A DNA stretch of 64,000 nt, from the NCBI GenBank assembly GCA_951406725.2, contig OX597814.1, positions 186,372,001-186,436,000 of the forward strand, written 5' to 3'. The translations under genes and the position numbers were made by a program. How positions within the stretch are numbered: position 1 is the stretch's first letter; the number at the start of each line of letters is the position of its first letter. The notes below the pieces were generated by a model, which had not been told where the DNA came from, did no database searches, and saw only the letters and a program-made list of their open reading frames with translations. This DNA is from Octopus vulgaris (Eukaryota). Below, piece by piece: positions 41,036-53,353 of the stretch.

Positions 41036-41560
41036 CTTCATCGTCGTCGTCGTTTAATGTCCACTTTCCATGCTGGCATGGATTGAACAGTTTGACTGAG
41101 GATTGGCAAGCCGGGAGGCTCCAATCTGATTTGGCAAAGTTTCTACAGCTTGATGCCCTTCCTAATTAATGCCAACCACTCTGCGAGTGTAGTTGGTACT
41201 TTTTACGTGCCACCAGCACGAGAGCCAGTCAGGTGGCACTGGTATCGATCACGTTCGAATGATGCTTTTTATGTACCACTGGTACAGGAGCCAGTCAGGC
41301 AGCACTGGCATCAACCACACTCAAATAGTTCTTTTTAGGTGCCACTAGCGTAGGTGACAGTCAGGCAACACTGGCATTGGTCACACTTGAATGGCATTTT
41401 TCGAATGCCATTGGCACAGGAGCCAGTCAAGTGACACTGGCATCAACCCTGCTAAGCACCATTCGAGCATGGCTGATGCTAGTGCCGCCTGATTGGCTCC
41501 CATGCCGGTGGCTCATAAAAAGCACCATTCAAGTATGGTTGATGCCAGTGCTGCCTGCTA
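41036..41560 (-). mobile_element. RTE-type 3' tail element with internal subrepeats of about 60 bp
   Basis: Same head as the 30268 copy; the motif gcacaggagccagtcaggcagcactggcatc recurs about 4 times in 41210-41450. Confidence 0.7.
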
Positions 41561-42134
41561 GAAAGAAAATTCTATTACACTATTGACAAAATAATGATTT
41601 TGCATGGCTATGTGGTCAGTGCTAGACTTTCATAGTTAGCCAATTCTGTACTTTTATCAACTGAATTCTTTCTCAAAACATCTTCAAAAATTTGACCTAC
41701 TTGTCTATATATAATATCTTAACTGTAATCTAATTGATTCTGATTGCTTAAATATTGTCTAATGGAAATTTTCAACTTTCCTTTTTTCAAGCTTTACATT
41801 AATTTATAATTCTCTTTCTCTCTATAAGCTTATCTTTTGGTAATGAATCACTCGCATGCAACTTCCTTGTACATTGTGATTATTTTCTAGTCCTTTGGCA
41901 ATGAGGATTTTTGTTAATGTGTATAATCAAAGCTAGAATGTAAAATATATTTTGGTAATGGAATTTATGAATTTCTCTGTTTTACAGTACCTTGCCATTT
42001 TTATGTAATTTATAACTGATACCAAAAGTTTAAACGACTATAAATGCTATATAATTCTAGATCACTGTTATTAATGTTATGATAGTGTAGATGCTATAAT
42101 TACAAAGACAAATACAAAGTGAAATTAATATTAA

Positions 42135-42356
42135 CTCTTTCGTTACCAACCCAGCTGAAACCGCTTCTGGCTCTGTAGTACAAATGTCTTGTTTTCATAA
42201 GTTTTGAATTAGAATCTTCCTGCAAATCTTAGTCACAATTTATGTTCCTAACTCTAGCTTAATGATAACTAAGTTATTTTACTGAATTCTTTGTTATATT
42301 TAAAATTAACCGAAAGGAACACAGAGCATCTCAAAATAAATATAGTAATGAAAGGG
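42135..42356. mobile_element. TTAA MITE family B (222 bp)
   Basis: ttaa|ctctttcgttac...gtaatgaaaggg|ttaa; a very similar copy lies at 48104. Confidence 0.88.
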
Positions 42357-42770
42357 TTAAAATTCCAGTCATGGCAGCAAACTGACAGAACAGTTAGCAT
42401 GCCAGGCAAAATGTTTAGGATCATTTCATCTGTCTTTACGTTCTAAGTTCAAATCCATCGAGGTCGATTTTGTCTTTCATCTTTTCTGGGTCTATAAAAT
42501 AAGTACCAGTTGAGTACTGAGGATGATATAATCTTCCCTGAAGTTGCTGGCCTAGTTAAAGTTCTTAATAAAATATGTGTTACAGTAGTCAAACAAATCA
42601 CTACTGCATGATTAGAGATCAGGCATGTGATAGTTCAGAGATTAGATGTGGGTTATTTTATTGAAACCAAAAAGAGATTGTGAATTGTGAAATTAAATGC
42701 TATAATGATAATAACAACTGTTGTGTTGAGCCTTGCTTAATGTGACTTATGTGACTTTTTTCTATTACAG

Positions 42771-42860
42771 GGCCAAGAATATGCGGAAGCATATGTACTG
42801 GAGTACCAACGAGAAGACAATGGACAATGGTTGCGTTTCCGAGACAGAGCTGGCGAAGAA
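42771..42860 (+). CDS. DDR: DDR-like RTK, third discoidin-domain exon (90 nt, phase 0-0); absent from the ORF track
   Basis: Acceptor ttttttctattacag ends at 42770, donor gtaaga at 42861. Translates GQEYAEAYVLEYQREDNGQWLRFRDRAGEE, which continues the DDR discoidin domain (G-x-E-Y/F...Y-x-R...W..R-x-R-x-G). Confidence 0.93.
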
Positions 42861-44869
42861 GTAAGATTCTAACTTTTCTTTTCATTTAAATCAAAAATAA
42901 AACGAAAATCATTGTTAGGAATATTTTGAGTTGTTGCTGTTTAGCCCCAAGTCAGCCTAGATTGAGCAAATGTATAATCAAAAGCTTTCTAGCTGTGGCA
43001 GTTCCATCATTTTGTACATTAGGGACTACCATAATCTAATATTCCTTTCCTTTTCTCAGGCAAGAAGTGTGGGTATCAAGGGAAGTTAGCTGCTATTTCT
43101 AGCATGCTGAGTGACCATGTAGAAGCTCCCTTGTTGAGTGGAATGATTTTGTGTTAATTTTCTTAGAGATAAATTAGATAAGAATTCATTTTACACTAAA
43201 GATGAAATGTACTAAAAAATTGTTAATTATTCTAGAATTCAGTTTTCCAGTCTGTAATTAACTGCCACTGATATTTTAATGTTAAAATGACTCTTAAGCC
43301 ATGAAGAGTATTTTGTTGTTGTCAGCTGTGATTGAGCAGACATGATCAGAGGCATTTAAACCATTGCTGTTTTAGCTTTCAGGACAACAATGTTTAAGAT
43401 ATTGTTTCTATTTTCTTAAGAAGGGACGGTGTAATTTAAGAAGGATTTTGCCAATATTTCTAACAGATCAAGTAACCAGCCACACAGAGACTTATTTATT
43501 AGCCCAAGAGGCTTTTTTAAAGAGCTGGTGCTTAGCTCCTGTTTCATTAGATCAAATGGTTGCAAGATAAACCATCCCGTTCTGTATTGGACATCAGAGT
43601 GGAGTGGGTGGTTAAGATTTATCTTGCAACATTCTAGGTAACATAACTATTTTCTTCTGTAAGTAAGCAAGAGTTTACTTACTAGAAGTGTTTAATCTAA
43701 AAATGTAGTGAATTACTTCTGGTAGATTTGAACTCATGAGTTATGATCAAGTATCCAAGAACCAATTCCCACTCAGCCAGCTTACCTCTACCACTGTCCT
43801 ATTCTTTCTTATAATTTTTTGGTTCTTTTATTTTTCAGAAAATTGAGGAATAAAATTAATATTGACACTGCTTTTTGGTGACTTTTATTTTAATAGTCAA
43901 TCTGTTAGGTTTTGTAATTATTTTAGTTATCTTATCAGTTATCCTTATGCAATAAAATATGTTCCAAACTGTTAGCCATGACTAAATAACTGAATGGTAA
44001 GAAATCTTCAAAAGATTTTATAGTCAAGATAATTAGGATCAGATTGTCCAATATATATCAAATCTATCTTACTATCAAATCTGTCTTTTACTTAATCTTA
44101 ATGCTCTTCCTTTTTAGATAATGGTGGAACAGTTATGTAATTCCTGTACTATTTTGGGGGTCATGAGAAATTTGTCTTCAATAAATGCTTAACAACTACC
44201 ATTTTGTTAATATCTTTGATGTTAATATCGCCGTCAACCTTTTTATAGCTGTGCAAGATTGTAATTATATTGGCTATTCTCTAGAGATCACTTTTACTGT
44301 GCACAGAATAACATTATATCATTGGCAAACGATGTTGTAAAGTAGGGGTTAATCGCGACAGCCCCCAAATATGTTGATAACAAGTCCCAGATGGGAGAGA
44401 AAGAAATAATGAGGAAACCTCAAGCATGCTTAGTTCAGTTTTAAGAAGGAAAAAAAAAATAACTACATTAATGTAGGTTTTCAAATCTAGAAACCCAAAG
44501 AGAAATAATTTATACAGCAATAAAAATTACTTTTGCTACTTAAAATCTATAATATTGGATAATGCAAATGCCATTTCTCTTCAACTTCAAACATTTTAAT
44601 GGATTTTTCTAGTGAATGCTTTTAAATATTTTTTGTCAGACAATATTTGCAGTAAAAGGAATATAAAAAAAATTGTTTCATTGCATTAAATGCAGCATAC
44701 TGGGTTTCGCTTCATAAAATTTCAGTAGAATCTGCCTTGAGTGGCAACATTTAGTGGTTCACTTTATTACTAAAATGAGATAATTATACTTTACATAATT
44801 CTAGTAGAATACACATACAGACAAGTCTTTAATTATCATAAGGAACTATATAGCAAACTCACATGACGT

Positions 44870-45063
44870 ATGTATCTATGAATGTGTGTGTGTTTATGTG
44901 CATATATATGTGTGTGTGTGTGTATATGTGTATGTATGTATATATGTTTGAGTGTATGTATATATATATATTGGCATGAATGTATTATGTGTGTGTGTAT
45001 GTATGTATATATGTGTGTATATATATTTGTGTGAATGTATATATATATATATACATGCATGTA

Positions 45064-45118
<55 letters not shown>

Positions 45119-45155
45119 TTTATATATATATATAGAGAGAGAGAGGGAGAGAGAG
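44870..45155. repeat. Compound TG/TA/GA microsatellite
   Basis: Directly visible. Confidence 0.95.
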
Positions 45156-46400
45156 GTAATGGTGTCAATAAGACCCAAAGGTGTCAGGTGATGCTGAGTA
45201 AATGCTATGGGCAGACCATAGTTAAGCTCCAGGTTCGGTGATTATGCAAATGCGGAGTCCAACGTAGGTCATATATCAGCATGTGTATATATAAAAATAT
45301 AAATATATATATGGGGGGGGGGGTTGTGTGTATGTGAGAGTGAAAGATGAGAAAACAGTATTTACAGGCTTTAAGTAATGTAGAGTATTTTTTTTTCATT
45401 TCTATGCTACTTCTTGTTTGGTTTACACAAAGTGTTCAGCTTGTTCATAGTTACTATTCAGCAGATATTGAACTCCACATCAGATTCTTGGTCTTTGTGG
45501 TTGCAACAAGTTAATACAAGTTTACTGAGGAATGCTTGATTAATCAATAGACTAAAACACCTTTTATAGGACTGACTCTAAAATCGATATTCTAATTGAT
45601 AAAAACACAAAAACAAGTTTGTTTTCATTCACTGCCTTCTCGTATAATATTTTAACAGGTTTTTTATTTTATTGTTTTAATGATAATTTAACCTTTAAAT
45701 GGATTGCAATGAATTAGGAAGGCAGCTGGCAATGAAAAACATCAGACCTGTATGCAAATGAGGAGACCTGAGTGATGATAATGGATATGCAGTTAGATGA
45801 GATGAGGAAGACTAAGTTAAATATGATACTTGTAACAAACAAACAGTGGCAAGCCTTACAGAAAACATGGTTTAGAAGAAAGCATTTGAAGCAATTACTT
45901 AACTACTACACTGTTTATCTGACAGCCTCATCCTTAGTTTTACAAAATTCTGTTAAGGAGTGATGTACTGAATGCTATGCAGAAAATTATTAGTAATTTA
46001 AATTTGGTTTTAGTTGGAAATAAAGTCAAAGGAAAATGTCAAAATTTTGGGGATATGTAAAAGAATAAGTCACTGAAAATGTGTCTTTTTCATTTTAAAT
46101 AACATTAATAATAATGAGGAAGCAACTATTAAACTTTTCTGTTAGAGATGGACATTGGAACAGAATCAAAACTGACTATAGGAATAAATGCTTCTTTAAT
46201 GTGTGTGTGTTCGCACGCGCGTGTGTGTATATCCCATTCATAGTTACCGTCAACTACCCCTTCTCTCTTGTTCACTATTCATTTTGTTCACTACTACTCC
46301 ATCACTTGCTCTCCGCTCACTCTTGCAACCTTTAGCCACCCCACTCTTCCAGATCTTCTACCCACAAACTCTCTTTCCCATTCAATATGTTGTACCTTAA

Positions 46401-46622
46401 CCCTTTAGTGTTTAAACCGGCCAAATCCGGCCCAATATATTCTATATGTTTTATATTCAAACTGGCGATATCTAGCCTCTCACTCCTAACCTACAATGCC
46501 ATTCTGAAAATAAACAATCACATCATTGAAACCTCAAAAGCTATAAGATAATGCAGGATTAATTCAAAACAATTTGAGTGAAAAAGTATTACATTTAACA
46601 GAGTATTCTGAACACTAAAGGG
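46401..46622. mobile_element. TTAA MITE family A, intact (222 bp), piggyBac-like
   Basis: TTAA on both sides, perfect 12-bp TIR ccctttagtgtt / aacactaaaggg. TTAA targets with CCC termini are characteristic of piggyBac. Confidence 0.9.
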
Positions 46623-46779
46623 TTAAAGGTATGCTCTTACACTTGATTGCTACAATTTTTGTCTCTTTCCTGCTACACCCTTATTACTCCCATCCAGCTT
46701 TATATAATGCAGGTCTAGCCATGTATCTCCTCTCCAGCAGTCGATAGTGCAGTGCTTGGAATTTTCCCACATTAAACTG

Positions 46780-47060
46780 CATGTTGTTTATTTCAGCTCA
46801 CTTATATATTTTGTCTCATCGGCATAGCTTGTGCAGTGCTTGTCCGAGTGACTGTGGGTATGTCTAAGAGGGCTATTATGAACAGTAATGGCCCCAAAAC
46901 AGTTCCCTAGGGGATGCCACTTAGGATTTGAGAAAGGGCACCATTGGCTGCAGCTACCTGACTTCTGTCTTTAAGGAAATCATGCTGCCACTCTCCCAGT
47001 TTCCCAGCAATGCCAAGGTCTTGTAGCTTATGACATATCATACTCACATCTGAATGGTCA
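46780..47060 (-). mobile_element. CR1/L2/Jockey-group LINE RT fragment
   Basis: HKLQDLGIAGKLGEWQHDFLKDRSQV..NGALS..LSGIP*GTVLGPLLFII, followed by a YADE(T)K version of the catalytic motif. Confidence 0.85.
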
Positions 47061-47109
47061 AGCAGCTGTTTCAAAACCCAGTCATAGCACTGTACAAGTT
47101 GTGTGTGTG

Positions 47110-47173
<64 letters not shown>

Positions 47174-48103
47174 TGTACATATATATATGGATGCTGTAAC
47201 ACTTCCCTGCAAATTTTTTTGTGTCTCTTTACTCTGGATTCATTTTATAGGTACAACATTAGTGTGGTTAAAGATTTTATTTTGTATTATTTTAAAGGCA
47301 TCAGAAATTTTATTTATATCAGTTCTTTAAACTAGGCCATAATGGGCTGTGGTGATGTTTATGCTTTTCCTAAAAGCGTTCTCAATAGAATTGGAGTAAA
47401 AAGACTTCAGCCATAATAAATTGAAACACATTTGTAGACTCAGATTTCTGTCAGACACCCTGATTTTGTTGTACAAGTAAAAATTCAGGATTTTTTAACC
47501 CATGCAGCAAAATTCTACGCCATATACATCAATAATAGATGTTTCACCTTCTGATATACATGCAGTAAGGTAGATTCTGTGGTTGCTTAACCTGCTAGGA
47601 ATAGTAGCTAATTTTCCCTTAAATCACACTCAGCCTTCTTAAGGAAGGGATATGTTTTATGTAATGTAGTTTCACTTTTGATCATGGATCTGTTCAGACA
47701 TGGACCTAAACACCATCATGCACATGAATTAGCCATGCATGACACTCGGAACTTAATACAAAATTATTAATGTTTGTTACATAGGACAAAAATAGTTTAA
47801 TGACCATTGGCATAGTGTGGGAGTGCAGGATGTGTAGGTTGCACAGAGTAGTTGCTTTTAGGTGGAGGAAACATGTTGAAAGTAGGTTACATTTAAGGAA
47901 ACAGGCCGCCAATTTGGCTACGGTACAGGGTGGCCAAAACCTACACCATGACACTGTTAGTAACCTTTATAAGAAAGATATGATTTTTAATCCCTATTGT
48001 AGTTGTTGAATGATAGCTTAACTTGTACACAGTTGATTCATTTCAGTTCTTTCTCTAACAAGAGATATTCCTGAGTTTCAAAGGAAAAGTTAGTTATCTT
48101 TAA

Positions 48104-48315
48104 CCCTTTCGTTACCAACCTGGCTGAAACCGGCTCTGGCTCTGAGTACAAATGTCTTGTTTTCATAAGTTTGGAATTAAAATCTTTCACCAAACCTTAG
48201 TCACAATTTATGTTCCTAATACTAGCTTAATGATAACTAAGTTATTTTACTAAATCCTTAGTTATACTTAAAGTAATTGAAAGAAACACAGAGCATCTCA
48301 AAATAAATACAGGGT
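48104..48315. mobile_element. TTAA MITE family B
   Basis: ttaa|ccctttcgttacc...caggg|ttaa; same orientation as the 42135 copy. Confidence 0.88.
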
Positions 48316-51300
48316 TAATGGTTGCCATGTAACAATTTTAATGTTTGATGTAATCACTTTTTTGAGAAAGAAGGCTTGCAAAACCTTCAGTTAATAGTCG
48401 TATAACCAAACTCATAGCAAAGAGATTTGGAGAACTTCTATATGTATCAGCTGTAAATGAAAATTATGGTAAAATACTCAAAGTTCACTGCTCAGTTTAA
48501 TGCAGAAGAGGTTATCTCTATTGCAATTGATCCCTATCCATTCAGAATCTCAGAAGATTAATCTCCACTATGTACATTTCTATATTAAATTACATCATCT
48601 CTTAATTGTTTCCACACAAGATTTCACATTAATTGCTTATAAGTTGAGTGAAGACCAAGTGTATTGGCAGTTATAAGAGAGATAACTGAAAAATACAAGA
48701 GACAAATATTTATTCCCAGAGCATCTTTATATTTTTATATTTTCATATAAACTATTTTGTCCATTGGACATTTGATAAAAGTTTGTGTTTACAGTTGAGA
48801 TTTCTATAATACACTTGACTCAACAAAACTCCCTCTTCCATATAATGCCAACAAGAAACTCACATGCTTGCTAAAAATATGATCACACAAGAAAGGTACA
48901 AAATATCTGATATTTGAACTGGTTTCTTTAAGATGTTTCTATTTATTTTTTATAATTTCCTAGTTTACAAGTTTTTGTACACTGCATTAAATATTATATT
49001 CTTCTCGACACATGCAATTACTGAAAAGTGCATGTAAAAGCACTAACGAACCTTTGTGTATTTTTTTTTATCATTTGTATATTTGGCATTTTTATATATT
49101 TCATTTATTTATCATATATTTCTACACTTCTATTTTCATCTAATCAACATAATTATCAAGCAGTCATAAATTAAGATAATTATCAAACATTTCAGTAGAT
49201 TATTGATAGCTGTATACATCATTAATGCAAGCTTGGAGGAAAGTAACATGGGAAATAAAAAGAAAAAGTGTGAGTGTTTGTTAATGAATACAGATCTCTT
49301 AGTCATCGACATCAGCCTGAACAATGGATCATCCTTTTTTAAATTTGGCTGAATTTATTGATTTATCTTCTAATTCCATATTATTATCCTCCTAACAATA
49401 TGTGCACTGAGTATTTGATTTGCTTTTGAAATGGAAGATATGATGTTTGCCAAATGAATATAGTTTATCACAAGGATAAAGCTGCTAAGCAGAACATTTC
49501 ATTGCGAATGAATGATAGATTCACCAGCCTGTTCGATTTTCATGCTTCCATCTATGGATTTTATCATTGAGTTGTAGATAACCTCTATTAAGCAAGCTGA
49601 AAAGGTTTGTGTGTTTATCATGAAAATGCTTAAACAGTACACACACACACACACAAAGAAAGGTATGGGTATGGTGATTGACTGCATATTCTTAATGTAA
49701 TATTGAGTGGCTACAGCTTTTATAAAACTGATAAACTTGTTAGATTAATGTAATTTTCTTTGATATACATAAAAATTCAGTATTTTAAAAAATTGCAAGC
49801 TGAAATATTTATTATTTTCCAAGATATCAAGAAAGCTAGTTGTATGTGTCTTAATTATTATAGTCTACTGTGAAACTTCTACTAACCAACTGACTATTAG
49901 TTATAGCCTGCACAATACAGCTACAGAACCTAATTAATATTTAGTTGAATATATCAGTCCCTCATTAATGAAACCAGTTTCAGTTTTTTTACTTGGTGAT
50001 CTAGTGTGGCAGTGGTGGTGGTGGGGCTGATTTTTTTTAAACAGTTGGTTATATTATAATAATGCAATATATATCTTTTACATGTTTCAGTCATTAGACT
50101 GTGGTTGTGCTGGGACACAATCTTAAGGGGTTTAGTCAAACAAACCAAGCAGCAATGGGAAACAAACTCACAGATATCTGTCTGTCTGTCTATCTATCTA
50201 CATATCTATGTGTGTGTATATATATATTTTTATATATATATATATATATAAAAGAAAGAATAAATAGTCAAAAGGAAGATGGAGTACAATTCAACAGCTG
50301 TTTAATGACCACTATTTATTCTTCCCTTTTTATTTTTCACACACAAAGAATATCTAAGCCTAGAATTGGTAGTATACCATAATACTGCCAGCTAGGGGTG
50401 AATGAGCTCCATTTTGTACTCCCATACACCTCAACTATATATATATATGACAAATTTCTTACAGTTTCTGTCAACCAAATCCACTCAGAAGGCACTTGCC
50501 CAAGGTGTCACAGAATGAAAGGGACTGAATCCAGAACCATGTAGTCAGGAAGCAGACTTTTTAGTACACAGCCACGCCTGTGCCTACATACTTTGATAAT
50601 TATTTATGCAGCTAGTTTCTGTGACACCATGATAATTCTAGAAGTTACCATAGCATGTTATTTTCTATGCTATTTTGTAAAACCATTTACATGGAATGCT
50701 TCTTAGTATCATAATGTTTTCAGTGACTACTAACTCACTATTCGCACTGAATAATTAATCTCTCAACTCCTTTCAGTCAATTTTATTTTTAATAAAATAA
50801 ATATTTTGCGATTTGTCAGTTATTAATGATAGCTGTATTTTTTTTCATACATAATCAGTTTAACATGATATATTTACTATATTTAATACGTAACAAAAAC
50901 TAAAAAGAAGTTTTAAAGAAAATAATTAATGGAGAAAAACTGTTGGAACTGGAATTAGAAATAAGTTTAACATTCAACTTCAATGGGTTTTTCTCTTCTT
51001 TTATTTGAACACTGGGGTCGATGTAATTGAATAACCTCCTCCCCCAAAGTTCAAGCCTTGTGCCTATAGTAGAAATGATTATTATTGTTATTATTATTAT
51101 TATTATTATTGTTGTAAGCTAGCAGAATCATTGGTGTGTGGGATGGACAAAATGCATAGTTGCTCTTTACATTCTGAGTTCAAATTCCACCCAGGTCATC
51201 TTTGCCTTTCATCCATTTGGGGTCGATAAAATATTGTACCAGTCAAATCCTGGAATTGCTATGTGCAACTTGTACCCCTCTTTAAAACTGCCAGCCTCAT

Positions 51301-51339
51301 GCCAAAATTAGAAATAATTATAATAATAATAATGGTATT

Positions 51340-51517
51340 ATTCTGAAAGACTCTCAGTTCTTAATTACTGGTTTCAAGGTTTCTAGTGCCTTCTCCTGTG
51401 ACTCAAAGAGACAATATTCTCTTTAGAATACAAACTGTACCCAACAACGCTGTCTTCTGGATCACTTTGAGCCTGACAGCATCTCCAATATTCTTAATAT
51501 GTTTTTCAAAGCTCTTG

Positions 51518-51519
<2 letters not shown>
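51340..51519 (-). mobile_element. 3' end of an R4/Dong-like (restriction-like endonuclease) non-LTR element next to (TAA)n
   Basis: Translates KVIQKTALLGTVCILKRILSL*, resembling the R4/Dong C-terminal IQKxALLGTxxILR motif; abuts a (TAT)n tract. Confidence 0.7.
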
Positions 51520-51557
<38 letters not shown>

Positions 51558-51770
51558 GGCAGCGAGCTGGCAGAATCGTTAGCTTGCTGGATGAAATGCT
51601 TAGTGGTATTTCACCCATCGCTATGTTCTGAGTTCAAATTCTGACAAGGTCAACTTTATCTTTCATCCTTTCAGGGTCAATTAAATAAGTACCAGTTACA
51701 TATTGGGGTCAATGTACTCAACCAGTCCTCTCCCTCCAAACTTCAGTCATTGTGCCTATTGTAGAAAGAA
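51558..51770 (+). mobile_element. SINE family 1 variant (further degenerate copies near 13543, 42373 and 51117)
   Basis: ggcagcgagctggcagaatcgttagc...ctgagttcaaattc...tttcatcctttcagggtc. Confidence 0.8.
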
Positions 51771-52592
51771 TTATTATTATCATCACCATCATTTGGCTAT
51801 AGCACTATTTCAGCTTCACACTCTAACAATACCAGCACTTAAGAAAGCCATTAAATAAAAAATGGTCTTGTTCCAGAGAAAGGAATCAAGCAATGCCTCT
51901 GCCAGCTGTCTATCTGCTGAGTCATTCATAAAATATTGTTCCACTATCTTTTGTTAGCAGCTGCAGAGCCTGAACCTTTGTAAGGCACAAACACTTCTTT
52001 CAAGCCTCAGGAATTTGTCTCCTGCTAATCTATCATTCTGTTTGTGAAATCTCTCAGTGTGAGCGATGTGCATGTGCATCTTTGTATGCTTGTGTACTAT
52101 TTAATGAATTATTTACATGAATGCTTATTAGTATCATAATGTTTACAGTGAATACTAACACATTGTTCACATAGAATAATTAGATTAATCCCTCCACTAA
52201 TATTGAGTTAAAATTATTTCTAATAATATTCTTGCCAAAGGATAAAAAAAAATGGAAGAAGCAAAAATACGTTCATTAATTATTAATTAAAGGTTTTATA
52301 TTTTTCATGCAATAATTTTAGTGTTGTTTAAACATAATAGATAAATACATATATACAAATGCATGCCTGAAATCTGAACAATCTTTTTGTATTATTAAGA
52401 AAATATTATTATTACATTTTTATTGTTGTTTGTTTAATTGTAGAAACCAGTGATTCATTTTGATCATTAAAAGTTAAAATAAAATGTAACGTTAATGAGT
52501 AATTAGTATTATTTTCTAAAAAAGAAAATGTCTAATTTGATTTTTGTGCATTCCAGTCCAAAATCATTTTTATTCTTTAATTCCTCTCCGAT

Positions 52593-52796
52593 CTTAGTTT
52601 AGTTTCTTGTTTAGATGAAATAACTAATAGTTTCCTATTCTCCTCATTTTATAAAATATCAGATAAAAATATTTTCTTTTAGGTTATTTGTGGGCTTAGT
52701 TTAGTTTCTTGTTTAGATGAAATAACTAATAGTTTCCTATTCTCCTCATTTTATAAAATATCAGATAAAAATATTTTCTTTTAGGTTATGTGTGGG
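52593..52796. repeat. Tandem duplication, 2 x 102 bp, one mismatch
   Basis: Copies start at 52593 and 52695 (cttagtttagtttcttgtttagatg...). Confidence 0.95.
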
Positions 52797-53041
52797 TGTG
52801 CACATGCATGCCTAGTAAATGTCTGAGCTGCAAAATGTTTCTGTTCTGATTCTTTATAATTACAATTGTGTGTGTGTGTAGTGTAGAAACCACATTGGCA
52901 TTGTAATTAAACAAAAAAAAAAAATTATATTATCCTATAGGCCTAGATGAAATTTTTGTGTAAAATTTAATGAGTTATATCTGAATTTGCCAGGCATTTT
53001 CATGGAATAATAAAGAAGGGAGTAGGAAGAGGACAATTCAT

Positions 53042-53074
<33 letters not shown>

Positions 53075-53162
53075 TGGTTTATCTTACAGATTATGATTCC
53101 TCAGTTGTTTGTAATTAAGGTTTAGATTTAGTAATATTTTAGCATAGGAAAATATGAATATC

Positions 53163-53353
53163 AACCCGTTGGCATTCAGATCACTTTGTCAAATATAATG
53201 CTTATTTATTCATGTTTTAAATTTATCATTTACTATCTTGTAGCTTTAGTGACATTGTAGGGTAGGTGTGAGAGTCCAGATCTGTTTGTCCTGATCATAA
53301 AACAAGTACGATATTTGAGCCAGATACAGCCAGTTTAAAAACTAAAGGGTTAA
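53163..53353. mobile_element. TTAA MITE family A, degenerate
   Basis: aacccgttggcattcaga...actaaagggttaa. Confidence 0.75.

Noticed and set aside
41205-41450. CRISPR-like regularly spaced repeats
   Set aside because: Eukaryotic context, degenerate units whose spacers are also similar to each other, and no cas genes.
42700-42885. Minus-strand 61-aa ORF
   Set aside because: Antisense shadow of the real + strand DDR exon.
52683-52830. Possible next DDR exon (ag|GTT..., starting with Val as expected)
   Set aside because: Translations VICGLS... and VMCGCA... lack the expected V-x-x-G-N motif and hit stops. The next exon is likely beyond 64000.
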